NCBI GenBank assembly: GCA_043809315.1
Contig: JAZDDX010000024.1
Location: 32,001 to 96,000, forward strand
DNA length: 64,000 bases
Reading direction: 5' to 3'
From: Pseudomonadota bacterium
Lineage (GTDB): Bacteria; Bdellovibrionota_G; JALEGL01; DATDPG01
This document shows, piece by piece, positions 34,323-44,128 of this stretch. The notes below the pieces were generated by a model. The model ran no database searches, was not told the DNA's origin, and worked only from the letters and a program-made list of their open reading frames with translations. Every line of letters begins with the position of its first letter. The first letter of the stretch is position 1. The position numbers and the translations under genes were made by a program.

Positions 34323-36044
34323 TTACTTCGTCGAAATCGAGCCGAGGTTAAAATAATACGCGGCCGAGAACTCGAGCACGTTGGGATTCTGTTGCGTGTA
34401 CGACCAACCCGGCGCCGTCCGGTAATTTGTTCCCTGTGTCACGACGTATCCAAGCTCCGCACTGAGGTTCTTAAGCCACGGCGGTGAGGCCTGCCATCGG
34501 GACGGGTCAAATTCGAGTCCGTATCGAACTCCTGGGGTGTTCTCCCCGTTCAGGTTCTCCTGGTCGGCGTAATACGAATTCTGGCTGACGTAGTTCGTGA
34601 ACGGATTCTGATAGGCCACGGTCAAGCAGACCATTTCCAATACCTCCCAGGCATTTCTCAGGTTAATGCTCAGGGTGATGTCGAAGGGACGCACGACCGG
34701 GCCCCGGCTTTCCGGATATCCGGGAACCTGAAAACGACATCGTAACCCCCAATCTTCCCAGGTCGCTTTGACGCCGACGAACGGAAAGGCGATGGTCTTG
34801 GATCCGGATTGTTGCTTGTCGAAACCCTCCACCCGAGCCACACCGACGGTAGCTTGAAACTGGACGAAGTCATTTCCGGTGTCGCGCTTTTGTGTTCTCG
34901 ACGAGCCCGTTCCGCGGCTCGGCGCTTTCTCCAGCCAGACCAACTCCATCGAGAGAGGCTCTCCTTTCGGAAGATGAATGTCGTCCTGAAAACTGACGCG
35001 GTCCAATTGATCCTCCGGAAGACCCGCGTCCGCCAGGTACTTCTCGAGATCTTTGTCCTCCAACACGACTCCCTTTGGCCACGCGATATAGGCGATCACG
35101 CCGCTTTCAGGGTTGTCTTTGAGCGAACTGAGAAGCTTGTCGAAAGCGTCCTGGTCACTGACGACCGGCTTATTCTCCGGATCGATCGTGATCGACGGCA
35201 GGAGTTCGGGCTCCGTGTCGGCCCATTTTCCCGCGATCGGCGTCAGCACCATGTATACCAGTCCCCATTTCGGATCGTATCCGTACGGTTGGGCGTCGAT
35301 CACGAGTCGGTTCGTGACGCTGTTTTCCGCCAAGGTTTTTTTCATAACCTTACAGGCAAACGTACTGTTCCCGGAAATTCTCACCCCCAGTTCCGGTTGC
35401 TTCTTCACCGCATCCAGGAAGGCTGGGACCGATTTATCATCTGGCTCGACGCCCTCGATCGTCCCGTCTCGTTTTACGTTCACCAGCACGGATGCCTGGA
35501 CGGCACCCGACCCCTCTTTTTTGAGCTCCGCCCTCAGCGTCTCGAGGATGTAGTTGATGGCCTGTTTGTAGTCGTCGAAGAGAAGCACCTTGGCGTACGG
35601 TTTTCCCTTGTCCTTCCCCTCTTCCATGATCTGTCGGCGGAGATTCAGTTGGCTGATCCGTCCACTCTCGAGTTCGGCCTCCGTCAGGCCGGCCTTTTCC
35701 ATGGCGTCGATCAGGTCGGTCGATCGAAGCACCGAGAGTGAACCCTCCTTAAAGTTCTCTTGGCCCGGCTTGATTCCATGGAAGCGTTTGTTCGAGTGCG
35801 TTCCGATCACGAGGAGGCGGCCCCCCTTCGTCTGGTGAAACTTGTCCACGATATCTTTGACCGCCACGGCGTCTTCGCCCTCGTATGTCTTCAAGTGCCC
35901 CTGTTCGATGAAGAAACGGTATTCGGCGACAGATTTCAGTTCGGGGAAAACGGGGGAGTCGTCCTGGGCCCGAGCAGCGAGCGGAACAAGCGCGATCGCC
36001 GTGACGAGGAAGGTGAATTTCTGGAAGAGGTTTCGCATGGTCAT
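34323..36044 (-). CDS. Hypothetical exported protein with C-terminal beta-barrel-like region
   Basis: RBS AGGAAGG before ATG 36044; signal peptide ending AARA; last ~180 aa amphipathic strands. Confidence 0.6.
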   Translation of the reverse strand: MTMRNLFQKFTFLVTAIALVPLAARAQDDSPVFPELKSVAEYRFFIEQGHLKTYEGEDAVAVKDIVDKFHQTKGGRLLVIGTHSNKRFHGIKPGQENFKEGSLSVLRSTDLIDAMEKAGLTEAELESGRISQLNLRRQIMEEGKDKGKPYAKVLLFDDYKQAINYILETLRAELKKEGSGAVQASVLVNVKRDGTIEGVEPDDKSVPAFLDAVKKQPELGVRISGNSTFACKVMKKTLAENSVTNRLVIDAQPYGYDPKWGLVYMVLTPIAGKWADTEPELLPSITIDPENKPVVSDQDAFDKLLSSLKDNPESGVIAYIAWPKGVVLEDKDLEKYLADAGLPEDQLDRVSFQDDIHLPKGEPLSMELVWLEKAPSRGTGSSRTQKRDTGNDFVQFQATVGVARVEGFDKQQSGSKTIAFPFVGVKATWEDWGLRCRFQVPGYPESRGPVVRPFDITLSINLRNAWEVLEMVCLTVAYQNPFTNYVSQNSYYADQENLNGENTPGVRYGLEFDPSRWQASPPWLKNLSAELGYVVTQGTNYRTAPGWSYTQQNPNVLEFSAAYYFNLGSISTK

Positions 36045-36052
36045 GTCCTTCC

Positions 36053-36829
36053 TTACGGGGTTACCGTGTAGGTGTAGTTGAAGACGAACCAGTAGGGGCT
36101 CCAGTTCGGATCGGAGTCGTTGATGATGATGTGGTTCGATCCGTTGAGCGTGACGGAGTTGCGTCCACTCATCAGATAGTTCGCCGGGAAGGAGATCGTC
36201 CCGGCGCTGCTCGCGCCGAAGTCTGGAAGAGCCAGGCTCGCGGGGGCACCATTCCACGGCTGAACCGTGTTGATGGGCGTTCCATTCAAATAGGTGATGA
36301 TCCACGAGTGGGTCGCATTTTGAGAAATCGGTGAGCCGTCAACGATCCTCTGGTTCAAATTCCCGTTCTCGACCCAAAGCTCGACGGTTTGGTCGACTCC
36401 GTAGTTGACATCGATCACCACCGTTTTTGTCCCCCCGCCGATCGGTGTCGGGGTGGGGGTCGCTCCGCCGGTTCCCGAGATCGTGTAGACCGCCTGGGCG
36501 ATGTTGCTCGGCACGAGATCGCTCCGGAAGGCACGGCAACGGAGTGTCAGCGAGCTGGGGATCGAGATCGAGCCGGTGTAGAGGGGGGAGTTTTCGTTCG
36601 GTTCGATTCCGTTCCGGGTGCAGTAGATGATAGCGTTGGCGGTCGCTGTCTTGACCGTCACCGTGACCGGGGAGGAGAAAGTCCCCCCCGCCGGGTCGAA
36701 CGTCAGAGCGCCGACCTGGGAGGTCGAGCTTCCGCTCCCCGTACGGGTTCCGTCGGTGGTCCGTTCCACGCTGGTCCCGCAGGAAAACAGGGATATGACA
36801 AGGATCGCTGGGGTCAGATAACGGTACAT
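36053..36829 (-). CDS. Lipoprotein with chitobiase/beta-hexosaminidase C-terminal (Fn3-associated) domain
   Basis: Lipobox LFSC; FDPAGGTF...IYCTRNGIEP...YTGSI...AVYTI; TPTPTP linker. Confidence 0.75.
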   Translation of the reverse strand: MYRYLTPAILVISLFSCGTSVERTTDGTRTGSGSSTSQVGALTFDPAGGTFSSPVTVTVKTATANAIIYCTRNGIEPNENSPLYTGSISIPSSLTLRCRAFRSDLVPSNIAQAVYTISGTGGATPTPTPIGGGTKTVVIDVNYGVDQTVELWVENGNLNQRIVDGSPISQNATHSWIITYLNGTPINTVQPWNGAPASLALPDFGASSAGTISFPANYLMSGRNSVTLNGSNHIIINDSDPNWSPYWFVFNYTYTVTP

Positions 36830-36929
36830 GGGCGCTCCATTTCTTTGCGCGCGTATAAAACCACCTTTGCCGCGTTACGTCAAGTAGACACTTGACGCAT
36901 TAGCCCATCAATGGTACTGGCGGCACGCT

Positions 36930-38066
36930 ATGAGTAGATTTGTGCTTCGATTCTCGTCTCTTGGCTTTGTGGCAGCCCTTCTGCTGGTCCCAGTTTCAGG
37001 GGGGGTGGAGGCGGGGGAAAAAGGGAACCCCAAGACCGACCCGTTCGTCCAACGCCTCATCCTCTGGGGCGGCCTGGAAGGGGGGTATACGCGGATTTCG
37101 AGCAACGACCCGGCGGAACTCACCAAGCAGGGCCTTCAAGGGGATGTCAAAGCGGGGCTCTCTTACTCCTGGTCCGATTGGACCCTCGATGGCGGCGGTG
37201 GGTGGCTCTACAACGTCGTGACCGCGAACATCACCGGGAACAGCGTTTCTCACGACAAAGTTACGACGAGAGCCGCGCTGGCGTATCTCGGCGGCCGGTA
37301 TCGTCTTACCCCGACGTGGGAGCTCGGCCTTCAGAACCACATTTTGTTCGATGCCGACACACGGTTCCAGACGGCGCACACGAAGGAAAAGAACGTCAAC
37401 TGGCTCGCGGGTCCGGAGCTGGTCTATCGTCTACCGTACGAATTTCCCCTTCAGTTGATGGGGACGTTCCTGACCGATCTCACGATCTCGGGTCGTCAGG
37501 TCTACCAGATCCTGGTCGGCGTCCAGATCGGCTTCCCGGTCTGGGAGAACTTCTCGACTGCGACTCCCACCCCGACTCCAGCGTCGACGGCGACGCCGGA
37601 ACCGGCGGCCACCCCGACCCCCGGACCCACGCCGACGCCGCATATCATTCTGGTGCCGACCCGAACCTACCGGTTCGATCTCAAACGGATCGAGTTCGAT
37701 TTCAACAAGGCGACGCTCCGTCCCGGCTCGAAGGAGATGCTCGACGATCTCGGGACGTTCCTCGCGAAACATCCCGGTGCGTGGGATCGCCTGATTGTGG
37801 AGGGACATACCGACAACCGCGGGACACAGGCTTACAATCAGCGCCTCTCCGAGCGGAGAGCGGAGTCGGTGAAGAACGTTCTCGTCAGTCATGGGGTGCC
37901 CGCCTCCTCGATCCAGACGATCGGGTACGGCTACTCGCGTCCCCGCATCGATCAGAGCACGAAGGGCGCCTGGCAGAAGAACCGGCGGGTCGAGTTCCGG
38001 TTCGAGCGGATCCACCAGCCGGATCTGCTCGACGATTACTTCCGGAAGGTAAACCAGGAATATTGA
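36930..38066 (+). CDS. OmpA family protein
   Basis: N-terminal barrel, Pro/Thr linker, FDFNKA, VEGHTD, NQRLSERRA, NRRVEF. Confidence 0.93.
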   Translation: MSRFVLRFSSLGFVAALLLVPVSGGVEAGEKGNPKTDPFVQRLILWGGLEGGYTRISSNDPAELTKQGLQGDVKAGLSYSWSDWTLDGGGGWLYNVVTANITGNSVSHDKVTTRAALAYLGGRYRLTPTWELGLQNHILFDADTRFQTAHTKEKNVNWLAGPELVYRLPYEFPLQLMGTFLTDLTISGRQVYQILVGVQIGFPVWENFSTATPTPTPASTATPEPAATPTPGPTPTPHIILVPTRTYRFDLKRIEFDFNKATLRPGSKEMLDDLGTFLAKHPGAWDRLIVEGHTDNRGTQAYNQRLSERRAESVKNVLVSHGVPASSIQTIGYGYSRPRIDQSTKGAWQKNRRVEFRFERIHQPDLLDDYFRKVNQEY

Positions 38067-38099
38067 TTCGCGCTCCGGTCGTCGTACCATCCCAGGAAG

Positions 38100-38933
38100 G
38101 TGCTGAATCTCCTCACGCCGAACATGAGGGTTCGGGAACTCTTGCGGGCGAAAGAATTGCGAAGCCCGACGGTCGTTTCCACGATCGTGGCGAACCTGTT
38201 CCCGTTGCTCGGTGTCGCGTTTCTCCAGTGGGACATCTTCATCGTCCTGCTTCTCTACTTGTTTGAGAGCGTCGTGATCGCCCTTTTCAGCATCGTGAAG
38301 CTGGTGATGGTGACGAAGTGGCGGGCGCTCTACCGGATCCCCGGATTTCTGCTTGTGTTCGCGCTCGCGATGCTGGTCCCGGTCGCGGCGGTGGGGGGAC
38401 TCTGGGACAGCGAACGCCGCGTCCGGATGTCGTCCGGGGAACTCCTGACCGAGCTTTCCGGAGGGGCGATCCTGTTCGCGATCAGCCACGGTCTCTCGTT
38501 CGTTCTGAACTACATCGGAAAACGGGAGTACCGGAATCTCTCGGACGAGGAGCAGTTCTTCGCGCCGTTCAAACGGGGGATCTCGATCCTGATCGCTGCG
38601 ATCACCGGCGTCTTCCTGATCTTGATCCGGGAGGACCCGCTCGGCTGGTTCGTGGCACTCGGCTTTCTTTCGTCGCCGTTTCTGGTCGGGAAGCTCGTGG
38701 CCATGATTGCGGAGGCGCATCGCACGAAGATCCCGATCCGCACACGACTTGAGGAACCGGTTTCAAAGGTCTGGCGTCGCGTCGAGTACCAGCATCTCCG
38801 GTACCTTTTCCTCGTCCCGGCATTCCTCGCTGTCTGGTTCATTTCGCCGGTCGCAGCGATCGTCGTTGTCATCGTGATCCCGAAGACGATCCTCGACGTC
38901 CGCGCCCATCTCCTCGAACGGCAAATCGTTTAG
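38100..38933 (+). CDS. Membrane protein (DUF6498-like)
   Basis: ANLFPLLGV...W....LLLY..E; SHGLSFVLNYIGKREY; multi-TM. Confidence 0.6.
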   Translation: MLNLLTPNMRVRELLRAKELRSPTVVSTIVANLFPLLGVAFLQWDIFIVLLLYLFESVVIALFSIVKLVMVTKWRALYRIPGFLLVFALAMLVPVAAVGGLWDSERRVRMSSGELLTELSGGAILFAISHGLSFVLNYIGKREYRNLSDEEQFFAPFKRGISILIAAITGVFLILIREDPLGWFVALGFLSSPFLVGKLVAMIAEAHRTKIPIRTRLEEPVSKVWRRVEYQHLRYLFLVPAFLAVWFISPVAAIVVVIVIPKTILDVRAHLLERQIV

Positions 38934-38993
38934 GTGCTCCGCTCGTTTTTTCTGGGGGGGGCGGTCGCGGAATGTTAGAAAGACGGCACCGAT

Positions 38994-39089
38994 ATGCATC
39001 TCCAGCTGGTCGACTGGATCATCGTCATCGCGTCCCTCATTCTCTGCTTTTTCCCGGCGCTCTACTTTGGAAAACGGGCGGGGAAATAA
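38994..39089 (+). pseudogene. Truncated N-terminus of a sodium:solute symporter
   Basis: MHLQLVDWIIVIASLILCFFPALYFGKRAGK-stop resembles the first TM helix of SSS transporters; rest absent. Confidence 0.55.
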
Positions 39090-39103
39090 CGAAAGAGGTT
39101 CGC

Positions 39104-39508
39104 ATGTCTGTGAAAATGCATGGGACGTACATCGGGAAAACACGTGTGAAGCTCACGCACGAGTCGGGGGCGGAGATCACGACCTGCGCGCCGAAAGACA
39201 ACGGCGGGGACGGGAGCTTATTCTCTCCGACCGATCTGGTCGCCGCGTCGGCGGGAGCCTGCATTCTGACCGTCATGGGGCTGGTCGCGGAGCGGCACGG
39301 GATCCCGTTCGAAGGGGCGAGCTTCCGGGCGGAGAAGACGATGTCGGCCAACCCCAGGCGGATCGGGAAGTTGGAGGTCGAAGTGACGATTTCGGCGAAG
39401 TTGACCGACGAACAGAAAAAGAAGCTCGAAGCCGCTGCTTACACCTGTCCGGTCAAGAAGAGCCTCGATCCCGCGGTCGAGGTGAACCTCCGGTTCATCT
39501 ATAGCTGA
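39104..39508 (+). CDS. OsmC family protein
   Basis: [15 protein letters not shown].....GAC, CPVKKSL; RBS GAGG before ATG 39104. Confidence 0.92.
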   Translation: MSVKMHGTYIGKTRVKLTHESGAEITTCAPKDNGGDGSLFSPTDLVAASAGACILTVMGLVAERHGIPFEGASFRAEKTMSANPRRIGKLEVEVTISAKLTDEQKKKLEAAAYTCPVKKSLDPAVEVNLRFIYS

Positions 39509-40919
39509 TCACGATCGTCGCGAGTGCCTGCGGAATCGTCTCGAAGCAGACCTGATTCCCGGCCGCAACGTAACTGAGTTGCCCGGCGTCGACCGGCTGG
39601 CCGTTGATCGTCGCGGAAATCGAAGTCAGATCGGTCGGCGTCTGGGATAGCGTGAAGCACTTGTCCAATCCGCTCGCCTGCAGACCAAGGGCGTCCATCG
39701 CGGTGGTCCAGTTTCCACAGATATCGGACGTCGTTCCTCCCAGGAGCGAAGCAACCGCTTCGTATCGGTTTCCCACCTCTTCGGAATCCATCCTTGTGTG
39801 ACAGTCGTCTGATTTCAGGAGGTTCGTCGTAACGACGGCATGGGCACGGACCTTCCCGTTCTTCCCGGCTTTCAGCCCCTGGAAGAACGCTGCATGGTTG
39901 GCGATGAGTGGCATGTAGGCGTATTTCCCGTCAAAGGAGTGGTCGATGTCGCCGGTACTAACCGGAGCAAGATGAGGATACGTGCCGTCGGTTGCCGGAT
40001 CCCCGCTCAATTCTAATTTCAATTGGGCGATGTCGGCTGCACTGACAGGGGTCCCACGGACTGTTTTACCGATCCAGCTATCCGCATCGGGTTGGTCCTC
40101 CTCGTCGCTGACGAAGACGATCTGAAGGTCGGCGTCGTCACGAAGGAAGGTTCCGTTCATCTGGCCGTCGATGAAAGTCGAATCCAGCGCTCTGCGCGCG
40201 GCTTCCAGCCCTTCCTCCGCGTTCCGGCTGGCCGGCCCGCTGGTTCCAATGACGGCGCATGTTGAAAAGAGTCCGGGATTCGCCCCCGTCAGATAGGGGG
40301 TGTTTACATCTGTTTTACAGAGGCTTCGGAGACGGGAGTTGTCCGCCGGATCGGTTGCGATCGCGATCAGTCGGAAGTCGACCCTGGCAAGCGCCAGTTG
40401 ATTCATAAACACCCCGGCGTTTCGGCCAATCTCCGTCTGGTTGTCTCCCATGCTTCCCGAGTTGTCGATCACCCACATAATATCGGTCATTGCGGCCTTG
40501 TTCTGGTGGAACGTGTCGGACTGCATCCCCGGGGTCGCGGTCGGAGTTTCGGTCGGGGTGGCCGTCGGAGTTTCGGTCGGGGTGGCCGTCGGAGTCTCCG
40601 TCGGGGTGGCCGTCGGGGTCTCCGTCGAGGTGGCCGTCGGGGTGGCGGTCGGACCTTCGGTCGGGGTCTCCGTCGGGGTGGCCGTCGGGCCTTCCGTCGG
40701 GACCTCGGTCGGAGTAGCGGTCGGGACCTCGGTCGGGATTTCAGTCGGGGTTGCGGTCGGTCCTTCGATCAAGATCTCGGTTGGAGTGGCCGTCGGTTCG
40801 GCAGGCACGACTCCGGAGTTGACGCTACCCTCCAGCATTCCAAACCCCTGGGAGCCGCAGCTGAGCGTGCCGAAGCCGCAAAGGAAGAGAAGAAGGCTAA
40901 CCCGGAATCCGTATTTCAT
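39495..40919 (-). CDS. Lipoprotein with long Pro/Thr linker and VWA (MIDAS) domain
   Basis: Lipobox [36 protein letters not shown]; start 40919 or 40928. Confidence 0.75.
   Translation of the reverse strand: MKYGFRVSLLLFLCGFGTLSCGSQGFGMLEGSVNSGVVPAEPTATPTEILIEGPTATPTEIPTEVPTATPTEVPTEGPTATPTETPTEGPTATPTATSTETPTATPTETPTATPTETPTATPTETPTATPGMQSDTFHQNKAAMTDIMWVIDNSGSMGDNQTEIGRNAGVFMNQLALARVDFRLIAIATDPADNSRLRSLCKTDVNTPYLTGANPGLFSTCAVIGTSGPASRNAEEGLEAARRALDSTFIDGQMNGTFLRDDADLQIVFVSDEEDQPDADSWIGKTVRGTPVSAADIAQLKLELSGDPATDGTYPHLAPVSTGDIDHSFDGKYAYMPLIANHAAFFQGLKAGKNGKVRAHAVVTTNLLKSDDCHTRMDSEEVGNRYEAVASLLGGTTSDICGNWTTAMDALGLQASGLDKCFTLSQTPTDLTSISATINGQPVDAGQLSYVAAGNQVCFETIPQALATIVISYR
40528..40800 (-). 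repeat. Coding tandem repeats (TPTATPTE / PTEGPTAT units)
   Basis: Repeated gtcggggtggccgtcgga-type 24-36 bp units. Confidence 0.9.
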
Positions 40920-41081
40920 CTGGACCATTCCCCCACAGGAGCAGGGTAATGCAAAAAGCAAACCTCCGGGTTGCGCTTTAAGATATTTAAATTATTATAC
41001 AAAAATTGATAGATTGCGATCTGTGGCTGGATCGGTTGCCTAATTTCGGCCCTATCTACGAACTAATTTCAGGGGGATACG

Positions 41082-41708
41082 TTAGAATTGGGCCAGCTCG
41101 GTCTCCAGCATCGCGACGTGCTCTTCTTCCTCGGCCGCCAGCTCTCGATAGATCTCTTTCTCCGGACCGTTTGAAAGCGACTTGGCCCGTTTCTGAAAAT
41201 GATCCCGAGTCTCCTTCTCCATCTCGATCGCTCTCGCGTAGAGCTTTTTCACCTGTCCGGTCACATCGTTAAAGTCGATCCCTTTAAAAAGATCGGCCAC
41301 GAGAACCGCGTCGACATTCGGCGGGAGTTTCAAAACCTCTTTCTCCAAGTGAACGTGATACTTCTTTTCGAGCTCTTCCAGGTGATCCTGCTCGGAGAGG
41401 AACATCTGCTCGAAGATCGCCTTGACCTTCGGGTGGGTCGCGCGGCTCCAACCGAGGCGGTAGAAGTGGTAGGCGTTGATCTCGAACTGTACCGCTTCCT
41501 GGATCGCCTTCATCGAGAGAAGATCTTTTGTTTCATACCCCTTCACAACCTCGATCGCTCCGCCGCATAAGTAGCAGCGGCCGTACGGGACGGCGAAGCC
41601 GGTGGTAAGTTTCGCGCAGCTCTTGCATTTCCAGGTGGAGCGGATGGCCGCGCAACAGATCGAGTCGTCGTCCAGTCCCTGGTGACATTTCGGGCATTGA
41701 GAAGCCAT
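41082..41708 (-). CDS. Ferritin/rubrerythrin-family protein with N-terminal Cys-rich zinc-ribbon region
   Basis: CPKC, CC, CKSC, CYLC; then EINAYHFY, EQDH, EKETRDHF, EEEH diiron motifs. Confidence 0.8.
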   Translation of the reverse strand: MASQCPKCHQGLDDDSICCAAIRSTWKCKSCAKLTTGFAVPYGRCYLCGGAIEVVKGYETKDLLSMKAIQEAVQFEINAYHFYRLGWSRATHPKVKAIFEQMFLSEQDHLEELEKKYHVHLEKEVLKLPPNVDAVLVADLFKGIDFNDVTGQVKKLYARAIEMEKETRDHFQKRAKSLSNGPEKEIYRELAAEEEEHVAMLETELAQF

Positions 41709-41718
41709 CGGTCCCTCC

Positions 41719-44079
41719 TTACTGAATCCCCATGAACCCGAGCATTGCGCGGGCCGCTTTTCTCCCGGCCCCCATCGCGAGGATGACGGTCGCCGATCCG
41801 GTCACGATGTCACCGCCGGCGTAGACGCCGGGAATGTTCGTGGCGCCGGTCGCCTCGTCGATCACGAGGTACCCCCATTTGTTCGTTGCGATCCCGGGCG
41901 TCGTCTGTGCGATGACCGGGTTGGCGGAAGTCCCCAGGGCGCAGATGATGGTGTCGACGTCGATGTCGTACTCGGAGCCTGTGATCGGCACCGGGCGTCG
42001 CCGCCCCGAATCGTCCGGCTCGCCGAGCTCCATCTTCTGAACGGTCATGTTCTTCACCCATCCGTTCCCGTTGTCGTTCACCTTAACCGGGGCGGTGAGC
42101 CACCGGAAGATGATCCCTTCCTCCATCGCGTGATGGAGTTCCTCCACGCGGGCGGGGGATTCCGCCTCCGTCCGGCGGTAGACGACTTCCACGGCCTCGG
42201 CCCCCATCCGTTTCGAAACGCGCGCGGCATCCATCGCCGTGTTTCCCGCCCCGACGACGGCGATCCGTTTCCCCATCCCGACCGGCGTGTCGTAAAGAGG
42301 CTGTCGAAACCCCTGCATCAGGTTGACTCGGGTTAAGAATTCGTTCGCGGAGAAGACGCCGTTGAGTGACTCGCCGGGGACTCCGATGAACTTCGGCGAT
42401 CCGGCACCGGTCGCGACGAAGACGGACGAGTACCCCATCTGCCGCATCAACTGCGGGATCGTGAAGAGCTTTCCGATGATCGTGTCGAGCTCGATCTTCA
42501 CCCCGAGTTTTTTCAGGTTGTCGATCTCAACGTCGATGATGTCGTTCGGGAGACGGAACTCCGGGATTCCGTATTTCAAAACGCCGCCGGCGACGTGGAG
42601 CGCTTCGTAGATCGTGACGTCGATCCCTTTCTTCGCGAGATCTCCCGCACAGGCCAGGCCGGCCGGTCCGCTTCCGATGATCGCCGCTTTCTTCCCTGCC
42701 GGTTTCGTCGGGGTGATTTCGTCCCATCCCCGCCCGACCGCGAAGTCGGCCACGAAACGTTCGAGGCGTCCGATCGCAACCGATTCCAGCTTGACCCCGA
42801 CGACACAGGTCGCTTCGCACTGGGTCTCCTGCGGGCAGACGCGTCCGCATACCGCCGGGAGCGCGTTGGCGTTCTTCAAGATCCGGTACGATTCGCGGAG
42901 ATCTTTCCGCGCGAGCGCCATGACGAACCCGGGGATGTCGATTTCAACCGGGCAACCGGGGACGCATCGTGGTTTCTTGCAGTTGAGACAACGTTGCGCT
43001 TCCCCGATCGCCATCTCGAGCGTGTATCCGAGGTTCACCTCTTCGAAATTTCGGGCGCGGACTTCCGGTTTCTGTTCCGGGACCGGGGTTTTTTTCGGGG
43101 CGACCGTCCGGATCGTCTTGACCGGGATCGGTTCACCTGGGGTAGGAGGCGGGTCGGCTTGCGGAACGGGACAGAGGGACTGCGGGCTGGCTCGCAACCG
43201 ATTCGATACGATCGCTGGATCGGATCCGCCGGCGCCGATCGCAGCGAGATTCTCCTTTTCCCGCTTATACCGGGCCATCGCCTCCTTCTCCTCGAACTCG
43301 AACCGCTTCTGCCGGAGCATCAGCTCGTCGAAATCGACCGCGTGGCCGTCGAAGTCGGGGCCGTCGACGCAGGCGAACTTCATCTTCCCGCCGATCGTGA
43401 CCCTGCACGATCCGCACATGCCGGTTCCGTCGACCATGATCGAGTTAAGCGAGACCATCGTTTTGATCCCCAAGGGCCGAGTGACATGCGTGCAGGCCTT
43501 CATCATGACGAGCGGGCCGATCGCGATCACTTCCTTCACGTCGGGGTTTTTCGCGAGAACTTCCTTGAGGGCATCGGTGACGAACCCTTTCATCCCGAAC
43601 GAACCGTCGTCGGTCGTGACGACCAGCTCGTCGGAATATTTTTTGAACTTGTCCTGCCAGAACATGAGGTCGTGGTTCCTAAAGCCGATAATCGAGATGG
43701 TGTGATTCCCGGCTTCTTTGTGGGCGCGGAGCTGCGGGAAGACCGGCGCGACGCCCAAGCCTCCGCCGATGAGGACAACTTTTCCGACCGGATGAGCTTC
43801 GCTGGCGACCCCCAAGGGTCCGATGAAGTCGAGGATCTCCCCCCCTTCGGGGAGGTCCATCATCTGGAACGTCGTTTTTCCGACCGCCCGGATGACGACG
43901 GTCACGGTTCCCCGTTTCCGGTCGTAGTCGGCGACGGTGAGCGGGATCCGCTCGCCCGTCTCGTCGAGGCGGACCATCAGGAAATGCCCCGCCTCTGCCG
44001 CCGCCGCGACGTAAGGGGCTTCGACTTCCCAGAGATAGGTGACAGGTCCGAACTGCTCCCGCTTGCGGATCCGGTACAT
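41719..44079 (-). CDS. Fused NfnAB/SudBA-type NAD(P)H:ferredoxin oxidoreductase (PyrK-like + GltD-like)
   Basis: ERIPLT, GGGLG, MVDGTGMCGSCRV...CVDGPDF; then RCLNC...CP, CGRVCPQE.QCE, GSGPAG, GAGNTAMDAAR, AGGDIVTG; start ATG 44079. Confidence 0.92.
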   Translation of the reverse strand: MYRIRKREQFGPVTYLWEVEAPYVAAAAEAGHFLMVRLDETGERIPLTVADYDRKRGTVTVVIRAVGKTTFQMMDLPEGGEILDFIGPLGVASEAHPVGKVVLIGGGLGVAPVFPQLRAHKEAGNHTISIIGFRNHDLMFWQDKFKKYSDELVVTTDDGSFGMKGFVTDALKEVLAKNPDVKEVIAIGPLVMMKACTHVTRPLGIKTMVSLNSIMVDGTGMCGSCRVTIGGKMKFACVDGPDFDGHAVDFDELMLRQKRFEFEEKEAMARYKREKENLAAIGAGGSDPAIVSNRLRASPQSLCPVPQADPPPTPGEPIPVKTIRTVAPKKTPVPEQKPEVRARNFEEVNLGYTLEMAIGEAQRCLNCKKPRCVPGCPVEIDIPGFVMALARKDLRESYRILKNANALPAVCGRVCPQETQCEATCVVGVKLESVAIGRLERFVADFAVGRGWDEITPTKPAGKKAAIIGSGPAGLACAGDLAKKGIDVTIYEALHVAGGVLKYGIPEFRLPNDIIDVEIDNLKKLGVKIELDTIIGKLFTIPQLMRQMGYSSVFVATGAGSPKFIGVPGESLNGVFSANEFLTRVNLMQGFRQPLYDTPVGMGKRIAVVGAGNTAMDAARVSKRMGAEAVEVVYRRTEAESPARVEELHHAMEEGIIFRWLTAPVKVNDNGNGWVKNMTVQKMELGEPDDSGRRRPVPITGSEYDIDVDTIICALGTSANPVIAQTTPGIATNKWGYLVIDEATGATNIPGVYAGGDIVTGSATVILAMGAGRKAARAMLGFMGIQ

Positions 44080-44128
44080 AAACGGCGGATACGTAACAAG
44101 ATTGTTTGAAAAAGGGAACTTCCCCCGT

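Noticed and set aside
36045-36305. N-terminal extensions given by the ORF track (also 44080-44271, 55939-56052, 59282-59485)
   Set aside because: They overlap neighbouring genes; downstream starts have better RBS, signal peptide or family N-terminus
40441-41043. ORF with VGVAVGVS repeats
   Set aside because: Antisense reading of the Pro/Thr linker repeat
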